IMG/VR virus record: IMGVR_UViG_3300028833_000074 | Location: 64,001 to 128,000 of that record | DNA from: a virus | Taxonomy: Duplodnaviria; Caudoviricetes | DNA length: 64,000 bases | Direction: 5' to 3' (one strand) | Shown here: positions 1 through 11,793 of the stretch, one piece after another | How positions within the stretch are numbered: the stretch's first letter is position 1 | Layout: each line of letters starts with the position of its first letter | The notes under the pieces: model-generated | What the model saw: the letters and a program-made list of their open reading frames with translations, nothing else | What the model was told of the DNA's origin: nothing | Database searches by the model: none | Program-made: the position numbers and the translations under genes

Positions 1-3000
1 ACCAACACTAACTGCTATTGACAGTAATACACACCCATCTTTTAATGAAAATAGTCGTATTCTTACTTTTCCACTTTTAGAAGCAAATAGCAGTAAATAT
101 ATTTTAGAAATATGTTATAAAGCACAAAAAAAGGGTATTTACGATTTCATTATTAAAACATTAGATGATAAAAAATCAACTGAAGATGACCAATATGCTA
201 ATATGTATCAACATAAATTGCTGGTAAACATTGACAGTAGCGTTGACGTCAGAACAACAGTTACCAACAATCATCCATATTTAGATGAAATTTTTGACTT
301 TAAAATTTATGTTAAAAATTATTTTAAAAATCAAAATGAATTTATTTTTAATATTAAAGACATAGGTCAATATGAAAATGCGCATGAACAAAATCACTTT
401 ATAATTGAAAATGTTGAATGTCAAGATGGCGTTTTTTACCCAAGTGATAATCAAAACCAACTTGGTATTTGGAAAATCACGAATATTAAAGCCGGAGACA
501 TATTTGAATTAATATTATCTTTAAGACCAACTGATACAAAAATACATGTCATTGAAACAGAATTTATCGATACACAATTAAATAGACAAAAATATCGTAA
601 TGAAATTGATGTATTAGAACCGAATAAAAAAATTGATTTCAACGTTTATCACGCAGTCAATCATAGCGATGAAGATATTGATTGTCAAAACTGTGACAAA
701 TTGACAATTATATGTGATGATGATTTTATTAATCTTAATGATGACATATATTATATTTTTGAAATTACTAATAATAATAAAAATCCTATTAATTATATCA
801 ATTTATATGCACGACTACCATCATCCTTCCTCAATAATGGTATCAAATGCTATAATAAAAATTATCCACCAAGTATTAATAGTAATAATTTAGTAAGTTT
901 TCGTATTAATAGTATTGATGGCTGTCAAACTAAAAAATTCTGTATTAAAGTTACACCATCACAACAAGGTACATTCTTATCTAACTTTATGCTATCTACA
1001 CACAATGCACATGTATTACATCGTCAATTAAAATTAACTGTTGACTCTCACTATAATGCTCGTACAACTGAACATGAAATTACAATTTATAATTTTGAAA
1101 AAACTAATAGATATTTCAGACGTGAGATGGATAATCAAGGTAATTTATTCAAATTTTTTAACAAAGGAGATATTTCCAAAAGAACACTCGATATAGAAAA
1201 ACATAATGCTTCTAAAGTTGAAACATACAAAGGTAGCACCTTAAAAGATATTATCCAACAAATTAAGGATAATTCTAAATATGTTGAGCCAGAATTATTA
1301 AGAATAGGCAACAATCATTTAGCAACCAAATCATATGAAATGTATCCAAATGGGTTCATAAATCGTTTTGGATTGCTTAATTCAGAGGTTTTCCATTACG
1401 CCGGACAATTACCTACAACAAGTAATTTAGTAGATTATGCTATGCGTTGGGATGTAGATACATGGGATACTAAAGTATGGACTGGCAATGATTATCAAAA
1501 TGGTGTTTTTGACCTTACAATAGATTACGCTAAAATACCAACCAATTTCAACATTTTAGAATTAGATAACCCTATCGGTAATTTACAATCATTAGTAAAT
1601 CGAGTAAAACCATTTGGTACTAAAGCGATATGTTATTATTCAAATAGTATTAAACTTACATTAAAAATGGAATTAGATTTATTATCAACAACAATTGATA
1701 ATAATTTTTTATTTGATATTGAACTGGATAAATTAGGTATTATCACGTGGTACAATAGACATGATAATAGTATCTATACAACATATGATATACATTATTT
1801 TGAAAGTGAATTTGACGATATAAAAGTTAAAACACTCAACAATATGGGCAAAATTGATGTAAATGATGATTTAGAAACAAATATGACTTATAGTATTGAT
1901 ATATTCAAAGATAAAATGTCTCAACAATATATTCATGAATGCTATAATATTGTACAAAATTTATTATCAAGTAATATTGCAATTACAAAAGAAAAAAATA
2001 ATCTTAATTTGCCATTACAAAAAATCAATCGTAATTCTTATATCAATAAACTTTATGATGGCGATATATATGAATTCTATTTTAATGGAGATATTGAAAA
2101 TGAACAAATAGCCGGTATTTATATAGAAAATGATAGGGATATTATTGCTTGCTTGCGTCAACGCATCGACCCATTCATTAATCATTTTACCCTACAAGAG
2201 AATGATAACACAATCAGTAGCACAAATATTTCCAATCCATATAATTTCAGTATCCAAGTCCAATGCTGTACATTGCAAAATAATACCAAATATCGCATAT
2301 TGCACTTTTGGATATCAACTAACGACAGAAAATATCAATATTTAGGTTATTATTTTGTAACAAATTATAATGATATTGTTCTATATGTTAACAATAGCGC
2401 TGGTCTCCCAATTACATATACACAAACATCCACTAAAATTGATATAGAAGAAGAATATGATTTAACGAAAGATACACCAATTACCTTTTCTATTGATGAC
2501 AGCATTAAAAAAATCAACGAAACACACAATGATATTCATTTGCAGTCATCAGCATTAAAATGGGATAATATTAATAATCTTAACGCAAGCAATAAATATG
2601 CTATCGTCTATAATGATAGTAACGTGGATAAAGAATGTAAGGCTTCATCATTACAAACACCAAAAATCATGTTGCGATATGATAACATTAACATAGATGA
2701 TACAGATGAAATACAAAATATCTATGTCAATTTAAAAGCAAACGCCAATTATGATTTCATTAACAATACCACTATTAATATTCAAAAAGATGGTGACTAT
2801 TATTTACCAAATAATAATACCAGTCATAAGACATATTATCCAAATAACATTACAAATGTAAATCAAACATTTATATCTGCGTTAAACATTCAACAACCAA
2901 ATATTACTATATGTGGCAATTGTTTGCGTACAAGTTTAGGATATTATGATGAATGTCCATATTGTAATTCAAACAAAGTTTCACATTCAGATGAAAAAGA

Positions 3001-5215
3001 AGCAATTACTATATGTTATGAATGTAATTGGGTGTCAAATGGTTGGAATAATTATTGTCCACATTGTTTATCAAAGCATATTGAAAAAACCTTCGCTGAC
3101 TACAACAAAACATACTGCAACAAATGTCATACTTTACATGATAATTATTATTCAACATGTCCATCTTGTTTCTCAAAAGATGTTACATATCTACAAAATA
3201 ATGAAAAAATATACCAAATTTTTGATATTAATACACAAAATATTGAACCTATTATCATCAAAAGTAATATTAATAAAATTAATGTTTGCAATATAAAAAT
3301 ACCATTAAATAAACATACGAATGAACTTACTCAATTGAAAACATTATCTTTAATATTGACAACCACAAATCATAATGATGGAAAATATTATTATTGTCCG
3401 GATTGTGAAAGTGGTGGATTAGGTAATTATGATAAATGCCCTTATTGTAATAGTGTATCTATTGAAAATAATATCATTAATAATATTAATTTCGACATTT
3501 ATGCAACTGTCAATAATCAAACATCATTGCTTCAATCATATAATCAATTTACAGATACAAATAAGATATTTATTGATATATTAGATTTAGCAAAAACCAA
3601 TGCTAAAGAATATTTCACGCTATCTATATATGCAGAGAATCCATTTTATCAACAAAATAATAATGAGTTACATGCATTAAATATCGCCGAAGAATATCAA
3701 CAAGAAATACTAACAATTAATAATATAAATATTAGTATTGACAATATTGGTTTAGAATCCAAATATAAAAATGAACATGAATGGGAAAACTTAAATTCAT
3801 TATATGGACAACAACATCAAGGAGTAATATATCAGACAAATGAATATAATAATGATTATATTAATTTTTCTAACTTCAATATTGACGAAAAAAATTTAAA
3901 ACATTTATATTTGCATATTAATGGTATCAATAAAACGTTATCACATATACATGCAGATATAAAAATATCCGATAGCAAAGGACACACTTCATCAATAACA
4001 ATATACAACGTAGATAATGATTTATTTAATATACAAGAAGACATCTTGCCTTATATTAAAGATAAAAACGTTTCAATTCAAGTTAGATTTATTAATGCAA
4101 ATATTAATAAATATATCATTATTACCGATTGTTATTTAATCGCTGAAAAAGACAATAGTCACATTATTACACCATCATTATTGGAAGAAAATACCATTAT
4201 TAACCATTATGACAACAACTCTTATTTAATTTCAACCGAAAACCTCTGGCATCTTAACGATACCAAACCTTACTATTTGAGTGGTAGACAACTCCATAAT
4301 GGTTTATTATGCTATTTAGATTTTGGTAAATTAAATAGTGATGAATATATTAGATTATACGATATACAACTTGTAATTGAATATAAAAATAAATATGGTG
4401 TATTTATCACCGACAGTATTGATATATCTGACAATCCATTCCCAAAACAATTGCTCTCTGGAGATATTGTCAAAAATCAAGGTGAAAATTGGGGTGCAAT
4501 TAAGGTATCTGAAATAAGTTTAAATAATTTAGAATACGAAGTTAATATTAATACAGATAATGAAGATTTATTAAATTCATTGCCACTATTTAAAGCAATA
4601 TCACAATCTTTTATTGCCGATACAAGTAATATATATAAGATTGACTTTAAATATGATGGTCGAAGTGGTTATCCAAGTGAATATATCTATGTAGCGTTAT
4701 ACGATGACAATGGTAATACACCAGACAATTTAATCGCTCGTAAAAAAATCCAAACACCAAATGTTAGTAGCATTTTCAGTTTTGATTTTTACATTGATAA
4801 AATTAATGTTGGTGAAAAATATTGGATAATAATTGAAGATGACAACGCTGACAGATATAATCACCATAATTTTAAATATAATTTAAATAGCGATGTCGGT
4901 AATCTTATTATAACTGAAGAAAACAACTTCAGTACCAAATATGAAAATATGGCTTTAAGTTTTGCAATTGAAAGCAGTTATAATATTTCTGAATATCATG
5001 ATTTACCAGTTACATGGGAATTAGATACAGATATTGACAGCGATTTTAAGTTATATAATGCATTATATCGTTTTAATACAACATCATTGAGCAATGTATT
5101 TATTAAAGATTTATTAATCCGAAGTGGATATACAGAAACTGATGACGATTTTATTGATGAATCTTCAATAATAGATGTTGATGCTGATAATTTTGAAGAA
5201 GATGATAACTTATGA
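1..5215 (+). CDS. Very large virion structural protein, probably baseplate/tail (5'-truncated), with DUF11-like beta domains and several CxxC zinc ribbons
   Basis: The frame is open from position 2 through the ATG at 203, giving >1730 aa rich in Asn/Ile. 'NRVKPFGT' resembles baseplate-wedge KPxG motifs, and there are repeated CxxC-x(n)-CPxC units. It lies upstream of tail-fibre-like genes. Confidence 0.6.
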   Translation, partial: PTLTAIDSNTHPSFNENSRILTFPLLEANSSKYILEICYKAQKKGIYDFIIKTLDDKKSTEDDQYANMYQHKLLVNIDSSVDVRTTVTNNHPYLDEIFDFKIYVKNYFKNQNEFIFNIKDIGQYENAHEQNHFIIENVECQDGVFYPSDNQNQLGIWKITNIKAGDIFELILSLRPTDTKIHVIETEFIDTQLNRQKYRNEIDVLEPNKKIDFNVYHAVNHSDEDIDCQNCDKLTIICDDDFINLNDDIYYIFEITNNNKNPINYINLYARLPSSFLNNGIKCYNKNYPPSINSNNLVSFRINSIDGCQTKKFCIKVTPSQQGTFLSNFMLSTHNAHVLHRQLKLTVDSHYNARTTEHEITIYNFEKTNRYFRREMDNQGNLFKFFNKGDISKRTLDIEKHNASKVETYKGSTLKDIIQQIKDNSKYVEPELLRIGNNHLATKSYEMYPNGFINRFGLLNSEVFHYAGQLPTTSNLVDYAMRWDVDTWDTKVWTGNDYQNGVFDLTIDYAKIPTNFNILELDNPIGNLQSLVNRVKPFGTKAICYYSNSIKLTLKMELDLLSTTIDNNFLFDIELDKLGIITWYNRHDNSIYTTYDIHYFESEFDDIKVKTLNNMGKIDVNDDLETNMTYSIDIFKDKMSQQYIHECYNIVQNLLSSNIAITKEKNNLNLPLQKINRNSYINKLYDGDIYEFYFNGDIENEQIAGIYIENDRDIIACLRQRIDPFINHFTLQENDNTISSTNISNPYNFSIQVQCCTLQNNTKYRILHFWISTNDRKYQYLGYYFVTNYNDIVLYVNNSAGLPITYTQTSTKIDIEEEYDLTKDTPITFSIDDSIKKINETHNDIHLQSSALKWDNINNLNASNKYAIVYNDSNVDKECKASSLQTPKIMLRYDNINIDDTDEIQNIYVNLKANANYDFINNTTINIQKDGDYYLPNNNTSHKTYYPNNITNVNQTFISALNIQQPNITICGNCLRTSLGYYDECPYCNSNKVSHSDEKEAITICYECNWVSNGWNNYCPHCLSKHIEKTFADYNKTYCNKCHTLHDNYYSTCPSCFSKDVTYLQNNEKIYQIFDINTQNIEPIIIKSNINKINVCNIKIPLNKHTNELTQLKTLSLILTTTNHNDGKYYYCPDCESGGLGNYDKCPYCNSVSIENNIINNINFDIYATVNNQTSLLQSYNQFTDTNKIFIDILDLAKTNAKEYFTLSIYAENPFYQQNNNELHALNIAEEYQQEILTINNINISIDNIGLESKYKNEHEWENLNSLYGQQHQGVIYQTNEYNNDYINFSNFNIDEKNLKHLYLHINGINKTLSHIHADIKISDSKGHTSSITIYNVDNDLFNIQEDILPYIKDKNVSIQVRFINANINKYIIITDCYLIAEKDNSHIITPSLLEENTIINHYDNNSYLISTENLWHLNDTKPYYLSGRQLHNGLLCYLDFGKLNSDEYIRLYDIQLVIEYKNKYGVFITDSIDISDNPFPKQLLSGDIVKNQGENWGAIKVSEISLNNLEYEVNINTDNEDLLNSLPLFKAISQSFIADTSNIYKIDFKYDGRSGYPSEYIYVALYDDNGNTPDNLIARKKIQTPNVSSIFSFDFYIDKINVGEKYWIIIEDDNADRYNHHNFKYNLNSDVGNLIITEENNFSTKYENMALSFAIESSYNISEYHDLPVTWELDTDIDSDFKLYNALYRFNTTSLSNVFIKDLLIRSGYTETDDDFIDESSIIDVDADNFEEDDNL

Positions 5216-5373
5216 AACTAACAACAGAGGCAGAAATCAAACAAATTATTGAAATAGTAGACAAGGAAACTGGTCAAAAAAATTTTCTCATTGAAGAAGA
5301 TGGCGAATGGATACAAATAGCAAAAGAAAAATATTATCAAATATTACAAGGTGATAAAAATGGCGAACAATAA
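5212..5373 (+). CDS. Small hypothetical protein (53 aa, MKLTTEAEIKQ...), not in the ORF track
   Basis: The ATG overlaps the upstream stop (ATGA); the frame is open to TAA at 5371-5373 and fills the intergenic gap. Confidence 0.6.
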   Translation: MKLTTEAEIKQIIEIVDKETGQKNFLIEEDGEWIQIAKEKYYQILQGDKNGEQ

Positions 5374-5776
5374 ATATATAACACCAGAAGGTAAAACAAA
5401 ACTTTTACAATTGGGTTTTCTTAATAATACAAGTGGAACATTTAGTTATCTTGCATTAGGTGGCGAAGGTAGTTCTGCAGCAATATCTAACGATAAAAAT
5501 CAATTTTCAGAAGTGACTGGAGATAATTATCATAGAGTTCAATTAGAACAAGAAGGAGAAATTAGAACAGACTCCCAGTCTATTACATTATCAGCATTTT
5601 TTGAAGATATGAATTATAACCCATCTCAAGGGGGAACTATTACTGAAATAGCAGTTGTAGACAATGACGAAAACTCTGGTGAATTAGATACATTTTTCGC
5701 TTTTGCAGATGTACCGGACATTGAAAAAAACGACAATATTAGTTTAAAATATTCTATTATTATATCCATTTTATAG
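5360..5776 (+). CDS. Tail-collar/baseplate-associated protein
   Basis: GGTGAT RBS before ATG 5360. The pattern 'ITPEGKTKL...YLALG...TITEIAV' is typical of phage tail-fibre anchoring proteins. Confidence 0.55.
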   Translation: MANNKYITPEGKTKLLQLGFLNNTSGTFSYLALGGEGSSAAISNDKNQFSEVTGDNYHRVQLEQEGEIRTDSQSITLSAFFEDMNYNPSQGGTITEIAVVDNDENSGELDTFFAFADVPDIEKNDNISLKYSIIISIL

Positions 5777-8700
5777 GTGAATATTATGCCATCTTATTAT
5801 AATCGTGTCAAAGGCACATTGGAAGTTGCCAAATTGGCACAATCTTCAGACATACATTTAATTCAATCAAGCATACAAGATGCTATTTCAAGTTTAATCG
5901 TTGATATGTTTGGACCGGCATATATATTAGGACAACAAGAAGATGACTTAAAACTTGTACCTACAGCGATTCACGTTGACCAATCTAATACATATTATGA
6001 CAATGAACAACAATGGATTTCTTGTTATGAACGATACTTACGTCAAAATATTAGCATTAATAAATCTTCAATTGAAAGTATTAAAGTACATATGAAAAAT
6101 GATTCAAACTTAACTATCCCAGTTTATGCTGAAATTAGGGATATTAATTTTGATTTTATTCAAGAATCAAACGCTATTTTAAATCCAACCGACGAAGATG
6201 GATATCAAGAAGTAGAATTTAATTTTAACTTACATCATTTAGGCGTTGGTCATTATTATTTTGTCATCAAACCTATTGATATTTCAACCGCCGACTTAAT
6301 CGTAAATGGTGACGAAACCGAATACGATAACATTAATGAAGATACATTCCTTATCAGATATGATAGGGGTGGAAATTATCGTGAAGGATTAGAAGCATCA
6401 TATAATGGGGTTGATTATCTTAATGCATATTTATTAGAAGACCAACTTGAAAGTGATGATGATTTTAACATAGTATTACACGAAAATAATTTTGATTTAT
6501 ATTTTGAACAAGTTTTTAGTTCCGGTAACACATATTTGATTACACCGGGCGCAGCAGTTGTACATGGACAAAAGGTTTACCCTATCGATACTCACGTTAC
6601 TATTGATGGTCCTTCTCCATTAGGCGATAGAACCGACCTTGTAACCTTATCACAAGAAGGTATTTTAAATGTGATTAAAGGTAAAGTATATACTGGTAGT
6701 TTGGAAAATAATCGCCCAAAAAGTGATAATGGTTTAAAGATTGCATACATTACAACCTTTAAAAATGGTGTATCACAATGGAGATGCCCTATATGTGGTA
6801 ATATTAATGATGGTAATATTAAAAAATGTTTAAAATGTAATGAGGGTGAATTATCCATATCCAACAAAATTCCACTTGTTGAACAAAATGATGATAATTA
6901 TATCACCAGACAAAGAGATGTATTAGAACGCCTACGTCGTTTAGAGAAAAAAATTGACTATCAAAGCGAATATAATTCTCCAACAAGAATTAAATATATT
7001 TGTACTACCGACCCTATTCTTACAGAAAATACAAGTACAAATTACCAAGGTGATGGAACATATGGTATGACAACCATTAAAAATTCTGATGGACAATCTA
7101 TTACCATACCACAAACAGATACAAATATCATACAATTAGCATGGTCTATTATCAAAAGAACATATACACGTTCATACATCGATAGTTATACAACAACATA
7201 CTCAACAAACAAAAAAACAGTTACAACAAAATATATTTTAGACGCAATGGATGTGGCTATACCATATAAAAAGCCAAAGAAAATGACGTCTGCTGATTAT
7301 TATATTCTTAATTTTGTATATAAAGACGAGTATGTTAATAGCACAAAAACATCATCTAAAACAGTTAATAATACTTTAAAAACCACAGAAACTACAACTA
7401 CTCGTAATAAAGGTGTCAGTAAGGTAGACATAAAACTTACATTAAAATATGGTAAAAAAGTGGTTTATGAAAATACGCATACAACAACAAATAGTGGTCA
7501 AATTAAAATTGATATCTATAAGACTTTTAACTTTTTAAAAGCCGGCGAATATACAATGACCGCTACATATACAGATGCTAACAAAACTAAACATAAAATT
7601 ACAAGTAAAATCACAATATATTCTGGTAGTTTTACATCTAAACTAAAGGAAAACAAACAAACTTTTAGCGTTAAACAAGTTGTTGAAACACAAACAGCAA
7701 ATGGAAAAACACCAAATTATAAGGATATCACATATGATATACCAGATGATATTATTGCCGGCAATGATTCATTTTATCTTGATGGAGTGTCAGTCGATAC
7801 AGACAATGGTAAGGTTTATATTGATAAGGTAAGCAATCCAAATGAAAAATATATCGTAAATACACCATTGGAAAAAAGCAAGCAATACACATCACAAGAA
7901 ATTACTTATCAAATAAGCAATAATACAAAATCATTAAACAGTCAATATCCAGTATTAAATCTTGTATTTGAAAAAGATACATTTGTACATAGTTTGACAC
8001 CATATATTAACACGTTTAAAAATATGAAAAACTTTGGTATCATTTTATTCCGCAATGATGAAGTTTTTAATTTAACTCAATCTAAACGTATTTCTTACCA
8101 AAAGAAACTTGAAAACGACCCAGTCTTTGAAAATGTTTATTCAAGTACCTTAATTAATATTGCACCAATTTCAACATCTAAAAATGGTAAACGTGTATTG
8201 AAAGAATATCATAAATTTATTGTAGACAAACAAATCCCAGAAGGTACATACTCATTGCTTGTTTATGGACAATTAGAATCTAATCAAAGTGAAGGTGCTA
8301 TTTATATTAATGAATATGAAACCATGAGACAAATTGATAAATATGGTACATCTACAAAATGTTTAGGTTCATGTAATCCTTCTGTTATCTATTTAGAAAG
8401 CAATAATGTCTCAAGCAGAAGTTGGGATTTAGTTATTGAACAACAAAATGATAAATACAAAGATAGTGGTATCTTAATTTCCAAACCATATTCAGTCGGA
8501 GCCAACATCAAAAGTTGTACAATAGATAAAAATACAAATATACCAAATGGATGTAGTTTATCTATTCAAGTATCTAACGATGGTGGAAGTAATTGGATTA
8601 CAATGGATAGCGAACATATTACTTTTCCGGGTTTAGGAACTAAATTTGCTTGGAAATTAATTTTAAAAGGTAATGGTGAATATTCACCAGAATTACTCTT

Positions 8701-10771
8701 TGATGAAACCAAAAAATATGCTATCAATTTTAACATTGCTACTGAAGAATATTACGTTGCTTATGAAGATTATCAAAGATGTTTAGAAACACCTTTAATT
8801 GATGCTAATTATGTCACACGTTTATTATTAAGCGATTATACACTTCAAAATCGTTTTAGCGAATGGGAATTTGCAAGAATCTTTATGGAAGACCCAGATA
8901 AAACAAGTAAAATTGATATCTTAACATCAAACTCAAGTACAAGTAATGTTCCAGCAACACAAAAAAAAGATAACTGGGATAGAAGCATTTTCTTCAATCA
9001 AATATTTGCAGATTTAACGCTTGATGACTTTAAACATACCTCTGTTGATTACAATAATTACGATGGCAATCTTGAATATGACGAGCATAATTATCGTTTT
9101 AAATATGAAACCGATAATAATTACAATTATCAAGCCGGTGAAGTAATTGCGACAGCAAATGACGCATTAAAATTTACTAATTACGACAATATTGATACAA
9201 GTAATTTTACTGTAGACAATCATTTAAATGATACTTATGCATATTATGGCAACGATGATGAAGGCAGTATTCATACTGGTATGCATATTGAAACAGCCCC
9301 ACACTATGGAAATAAATATATGCCGGATAACCCAAATAATGATACTATTTATTATAATTCAGCAGAAGATGCAACTTACGACCCACAAATGATTATTGCT
9401 GGTGTCGTATTTGATAATGGTTTTGATATTACCGATAACTATACCGGATTAAATATAGATATTATACCATATATTTATGGTAAAGATAGACCACAAAATG
9501 AAAATGGACAAAATATCTTACCAGCCGGTACACTTGAAATTGTTGTATCACTTAATGAATATGGATTAGTTGAAGATAGCACAGCAACATATGGAAAAGC
9601 ATACACAATTGATGTAGACCTTGTAAGTGGCGAACATAATAATATCTCTGTACCTAATATATATGATGATTTTTATGGATATCAAGATGTACGCTGTATA
9701 GGTATTAGAGTAAAAGATATTACACCAACCTTTGAAGATGACAACCATGTAACAAAAGAAATTACTACAACAATCAGAAATGATGGTACAAATGGTGACA
9801 GTATATGTATTGGTAATATCGTTTTAAGTGGATATAACGTCAGACACTATTTCCCAACTGATTCATATAAATGGGTTAGGGGAGAAGTTGATGGTGGTGT
9901 CACAAAAGATAGCGCATCAATACAAAATCAACAATCTTGTGCATATATTGAGTATGCTATCGGTACCAATAGTGCTGGAAATTACGCATCTTATCGATAT
10001 GGAAGATATTTATTGGATTCAACTGCAACCCCTTCAATTAGTAATACATTAAATAGTCAAGCCATTAAAATTTTCAATAAAAATAATACTTTTGTAACAA
10101 CTACATCTACAAACAATGCCAATAAGGCTGTACTATCCAATAAAAAAATTACAACCACTATTAATAACCAAGAATATACAAGTAGTTTATTAAGTTACCC
10201 TAATATGCTATTTAAATTTACTAATGCAGAAACCGGATATCTATTTTATATAGACACAGACTTCTCTTTAAGCCCATATGACCTCATTGATGTTAGATAT
10301 TATATGGATACAGAACAAGTTGAAGGTGGTAATGCATCTAATAATGGCGCTACCAATATCAATACTTGGGGTGGAAACACATGGCAAACAAATGGTCAAT
10401 TTAAAACCGGTGATATTATTATTGAGTTTTATGATAACAGAGACCATTTGAATACCGAGCCTATTGAAAGTTTCCCATTGCCAGCATGGGGTCAAGTGCA
10501 AACAAGAGCGCAACAAACTAATAAAGTTGTATCAGCATGGTTTAAAAAACGTAATGGTGGAAGAGTTAAACGTATTGTTTTGAGAAGAAATAATCCAACA
10601 CATGATGAACTTTATGATATACATTTACATATCGAAAGTATTCGTATGTTTAATTCAAAAACAATGCCAGCATTAGGACCACAACTACAAATGAGAATCT
10701 ATCCAAACAACATTGATAATTTAACTAATACAAAAATTAGAAAATTTGGTGTTGTTTATAGATTGGCATAG
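5777..10771 (+). CDS. Large tail fibre/receptor-binding structural protein
   Basis: 1664 aa, Thr/Asn-rich and beta-like, with 'LERLRRLEKKIDY' coil, one zinc ribbon and 'VSNDGGSNW' Asp-box-like motif; structural gene context. Confidence 0.55.
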   Translation: MNIMPSYYNRVKGTLEVAKLAQSSDIHLIQSSIQDAISSLIVDMFGPAYILGQQEDDLKLVPTAIHVDQSNTYYDNEQQWISCYERYLRQNISINKSSIESIKVHMKNDSNLTIPVYAEIRDINFDFIQESNAILNPTDEDGYQEVEFNFNLHHLGVGHYYFVIKPIDISTADLIVNGDETEYDNINEDTFLIRYDRGGNYREGLEASYNGVDYLNAYLLEDQLESDDDFNIVLHENNFDLYFEQVFSSGNTYLITPGAAVVHGQKVYPIDTHVTIDGPSPLGDRTDLVTLSQEGILNVIKGKVYTGSLENNRPKSDNGLKIAYITTFKNGVSQWRCPICGNINDGNIKKCLKCNEGELSISNKIPLVEQNDDNYITRQRDVLERLRRLEKKIDYQSEYNSPTRIKYICTTDPILTENTSTNYQGDGTYGMTTIKNSDGQSITIPQTDTNIIQLAWSIIKRTYTRSYIDSYTTTYSTNKKTVTTKYILDAMDVAIPYKKPKKMTSADYYILNFVYKDEYVNSTKTSSKTVNNTLKTTETTTTRNKGVSKVDIKLTLKYGKKVVYENTHTTTNSGQIKIDIYKTFNFLKAGEYTMTATYTDANKTKHKITSKITIYSGSFTSKLKENKQTFSVKQVVETQTANGKTPNYKDITYDIPDDIIAGNDSFYLDGVSVDTDNGKVYIDKVSNPNEKYIVNTPLEKSKQYTSQEITYQISNNTKSLNSQYPVLNLVFEKDTFVHSLTPYINTFKNMKNFGIILFRNDEVFNLTQSKRISYQKKLENDPVFENVYSSTLINIAPISTSKNGKRVLKEYHKFIVDKQIPEGTYSLLVYGQLESNQSEGAIYINEYETMRQIDKYGTSTKCLGSCNPSVIYLESNNVSSRSWDLVIEQQNDKYKDSGILISKPYSVGANIKSCTIDKNTNIPNGCSLSIQVSNDGGSNWITMDSEHITFPGLGTKFAWKLILKGNGEYSPELLFDETKKYAINFNIATEEYYVAYEDYQRCLETPLIDANYVTRLLLSDYTLQNRFSEWEFARIFMEDPDKTSKIDILTSNSSTSNVPATQKKDNWDRSIFFNQIFADLTLDDFKHTSVDYNNYDGNLEYDEHNYRFKYETDNNYNYQAGEVIATANDALKFTNYDNIDTSNFTVDNHLNDTYAYYGNDDEGSIHTGMHIETAPHYGNKYMPDNPNNDTIYYNSAEDATYDPQMIIAGVVFDNGFDITDNYTGLNIDIIPYIYGKDRPQNENGQNILPAGTLEIVVSLNEYGLVEDSTATYGKAYTIDVDLVSGEHNNISVPNIYDDFYGYQDVRCIGIRVKDITPTFEDDNHVTKEITTTIRNDGTNGDSICIGNIVLSGYNVRHYFPTDSYKWVRGEVDGGVTKDSASIQNQQSCAYIEYAIGTNSAGNYASYRYGRYLLDSTATPSISNTLNSQAIKIFNKNNTFVTTTSTNNANKAVLSNKKITTTINNQEYTSSLLSYPNMLFKFTNAETGYLFYIDTDFSLSPYDLIDVRYYMDTEQVEGGNASNNGATNINTWGGNTWQTNGQFKTGDIIIEFYDNRDHLNTEPIESFPLPAWGQVQTRAQQTNKVVSAWFKKRNGGRVKRIVLRRNNPTHDELYDIHLHIESIRMFNSKTMPALGPQLQMRIYPNNIDNLTNTKIRKFGVVYRLA

Positions 10772-10779
10772 GTGATAAA

Positions 10780-11196
10780 ATGGAAGAAGAATTTAGCGTA
10801 CAAATGGCTGATGAAGTTCAAGGCGTTGATTATAGAAGAGGTATCCAAGAATCATTAAATCAACAACAAAATGCTCAAATTGAAATCGTCAATCAAATCG
10901 GTGATAAAATTGATAACATCGCCGATTCTATTACTCCAGAAGTAGATTTAACTGAAGTAACCGACATGCTCAATGAATTGGATACAAATACTCTTGCAGC
11001 ACAGAATGAAGATATCATCATGATAGTGCAAGAACAACAAGATGTAATTAATGCTCTTGATGCTAAATTAGACGCAAGTAATACAGATGCAATTACCAGA
11101 CAAAATGATAATATTTTAGGAATAATTGAAGAACAAGGCAATAAAATTAGCACACTTGAATCTAAAATTGATTTAATTTTAGAAAAATTAGAATAA
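10780..11196 (+). CDS. Acidic coiled-coil hypothetical protein
   Basis: GGTGAT RBS, heptad pattern and an internal repeat (LDxxxxxxxxQNxxIxxIxxEQ). Confidence 0.6.
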   Translation: MEEEFSVQMADEVQGVDYRRGIQESLNQQQNAQIEIVNQIGDKIDNIADSITPEVDLTEVTDMLNELDTNTLAAQNEDIIMIVQEQQDVINALDAKLDASNTDAITRQNDNILGIIEEQGNKISTLESKIDLILEKLE

Positions 11197-11206
11197 GGTG
11201 TTGTAA

Positions 11207-11791
11207 ATGGAAAATAATTTACGTAAGGAAATACATGATATGTCTGAAAAGATATATCGTTTGCAAGAAAAATCAGAAAAATTAACAAATGGCCAACGAT
11301 ATGCCGCCATTAACGAAATCGAAAAAAGCATTCAACCCTTACGTAGTGATTTACGCCATCTTGAGCATGAGTTATATTCTCAAAACTCCGATAAAAAAAT
11401 TATTGTTGAACAAATTGAAAAAATAGAAAGACAAATTAACGAGTTGGAAAATATTAAAAGTGACCTTATTACTCGTATTCATACAGAAACAGAGCATACC
11501 AGACAACAATTAAATGATAAAATTATCAACTACATGCGAGAGGAGTTAACTCCTCTTAAACAAGCAGTTGAAAGTAACAAGAACGAAGTAAACAAAATTT
11601 ACAATGAAATTTATGAATTAAAGATTGACATCAAAGAATCAGAATCAAAGAGAGAAATAAGAGATGCAGAAAAATTTGACCGATTTAAGTGGGTTATTAC
11701 CGCAGTAGTAGCCACTTTGGCCGCCATCTCTTCATTATCCCTTTGGCTTGAACCAAGTGTGAAAATGTTAGTACACATTTTCTTTGGTTAA
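11207..11791 (+). CDS. Coiled-coil protein with C-terminal transmembrane helix (holin/XhlA-like candidate)
   Basis: Long coiled coil followed by hydrophobic 'WVITAVVATLAAISSLSLWL'; last gene of the + strand structural block. Confidence 0.45.
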   Translation: MENNLRKEIHDMSEKIYRLQEKSEKLTNGQRYAAINEIEKSIQPLRSDLRHLEHELYSQNSDKKIIVEQIEKIERQINELENIKSDLITRIHTETEHTRQQLNDKIINYMREELTPLKQAVESNKNEVNKIYNEIYELKIDIKESESKREIRDAEKFDRFKWVITAVVATLAAISSLSLWLEPSVKMLVHIFFG

Positions 11792-11793
11792 AC

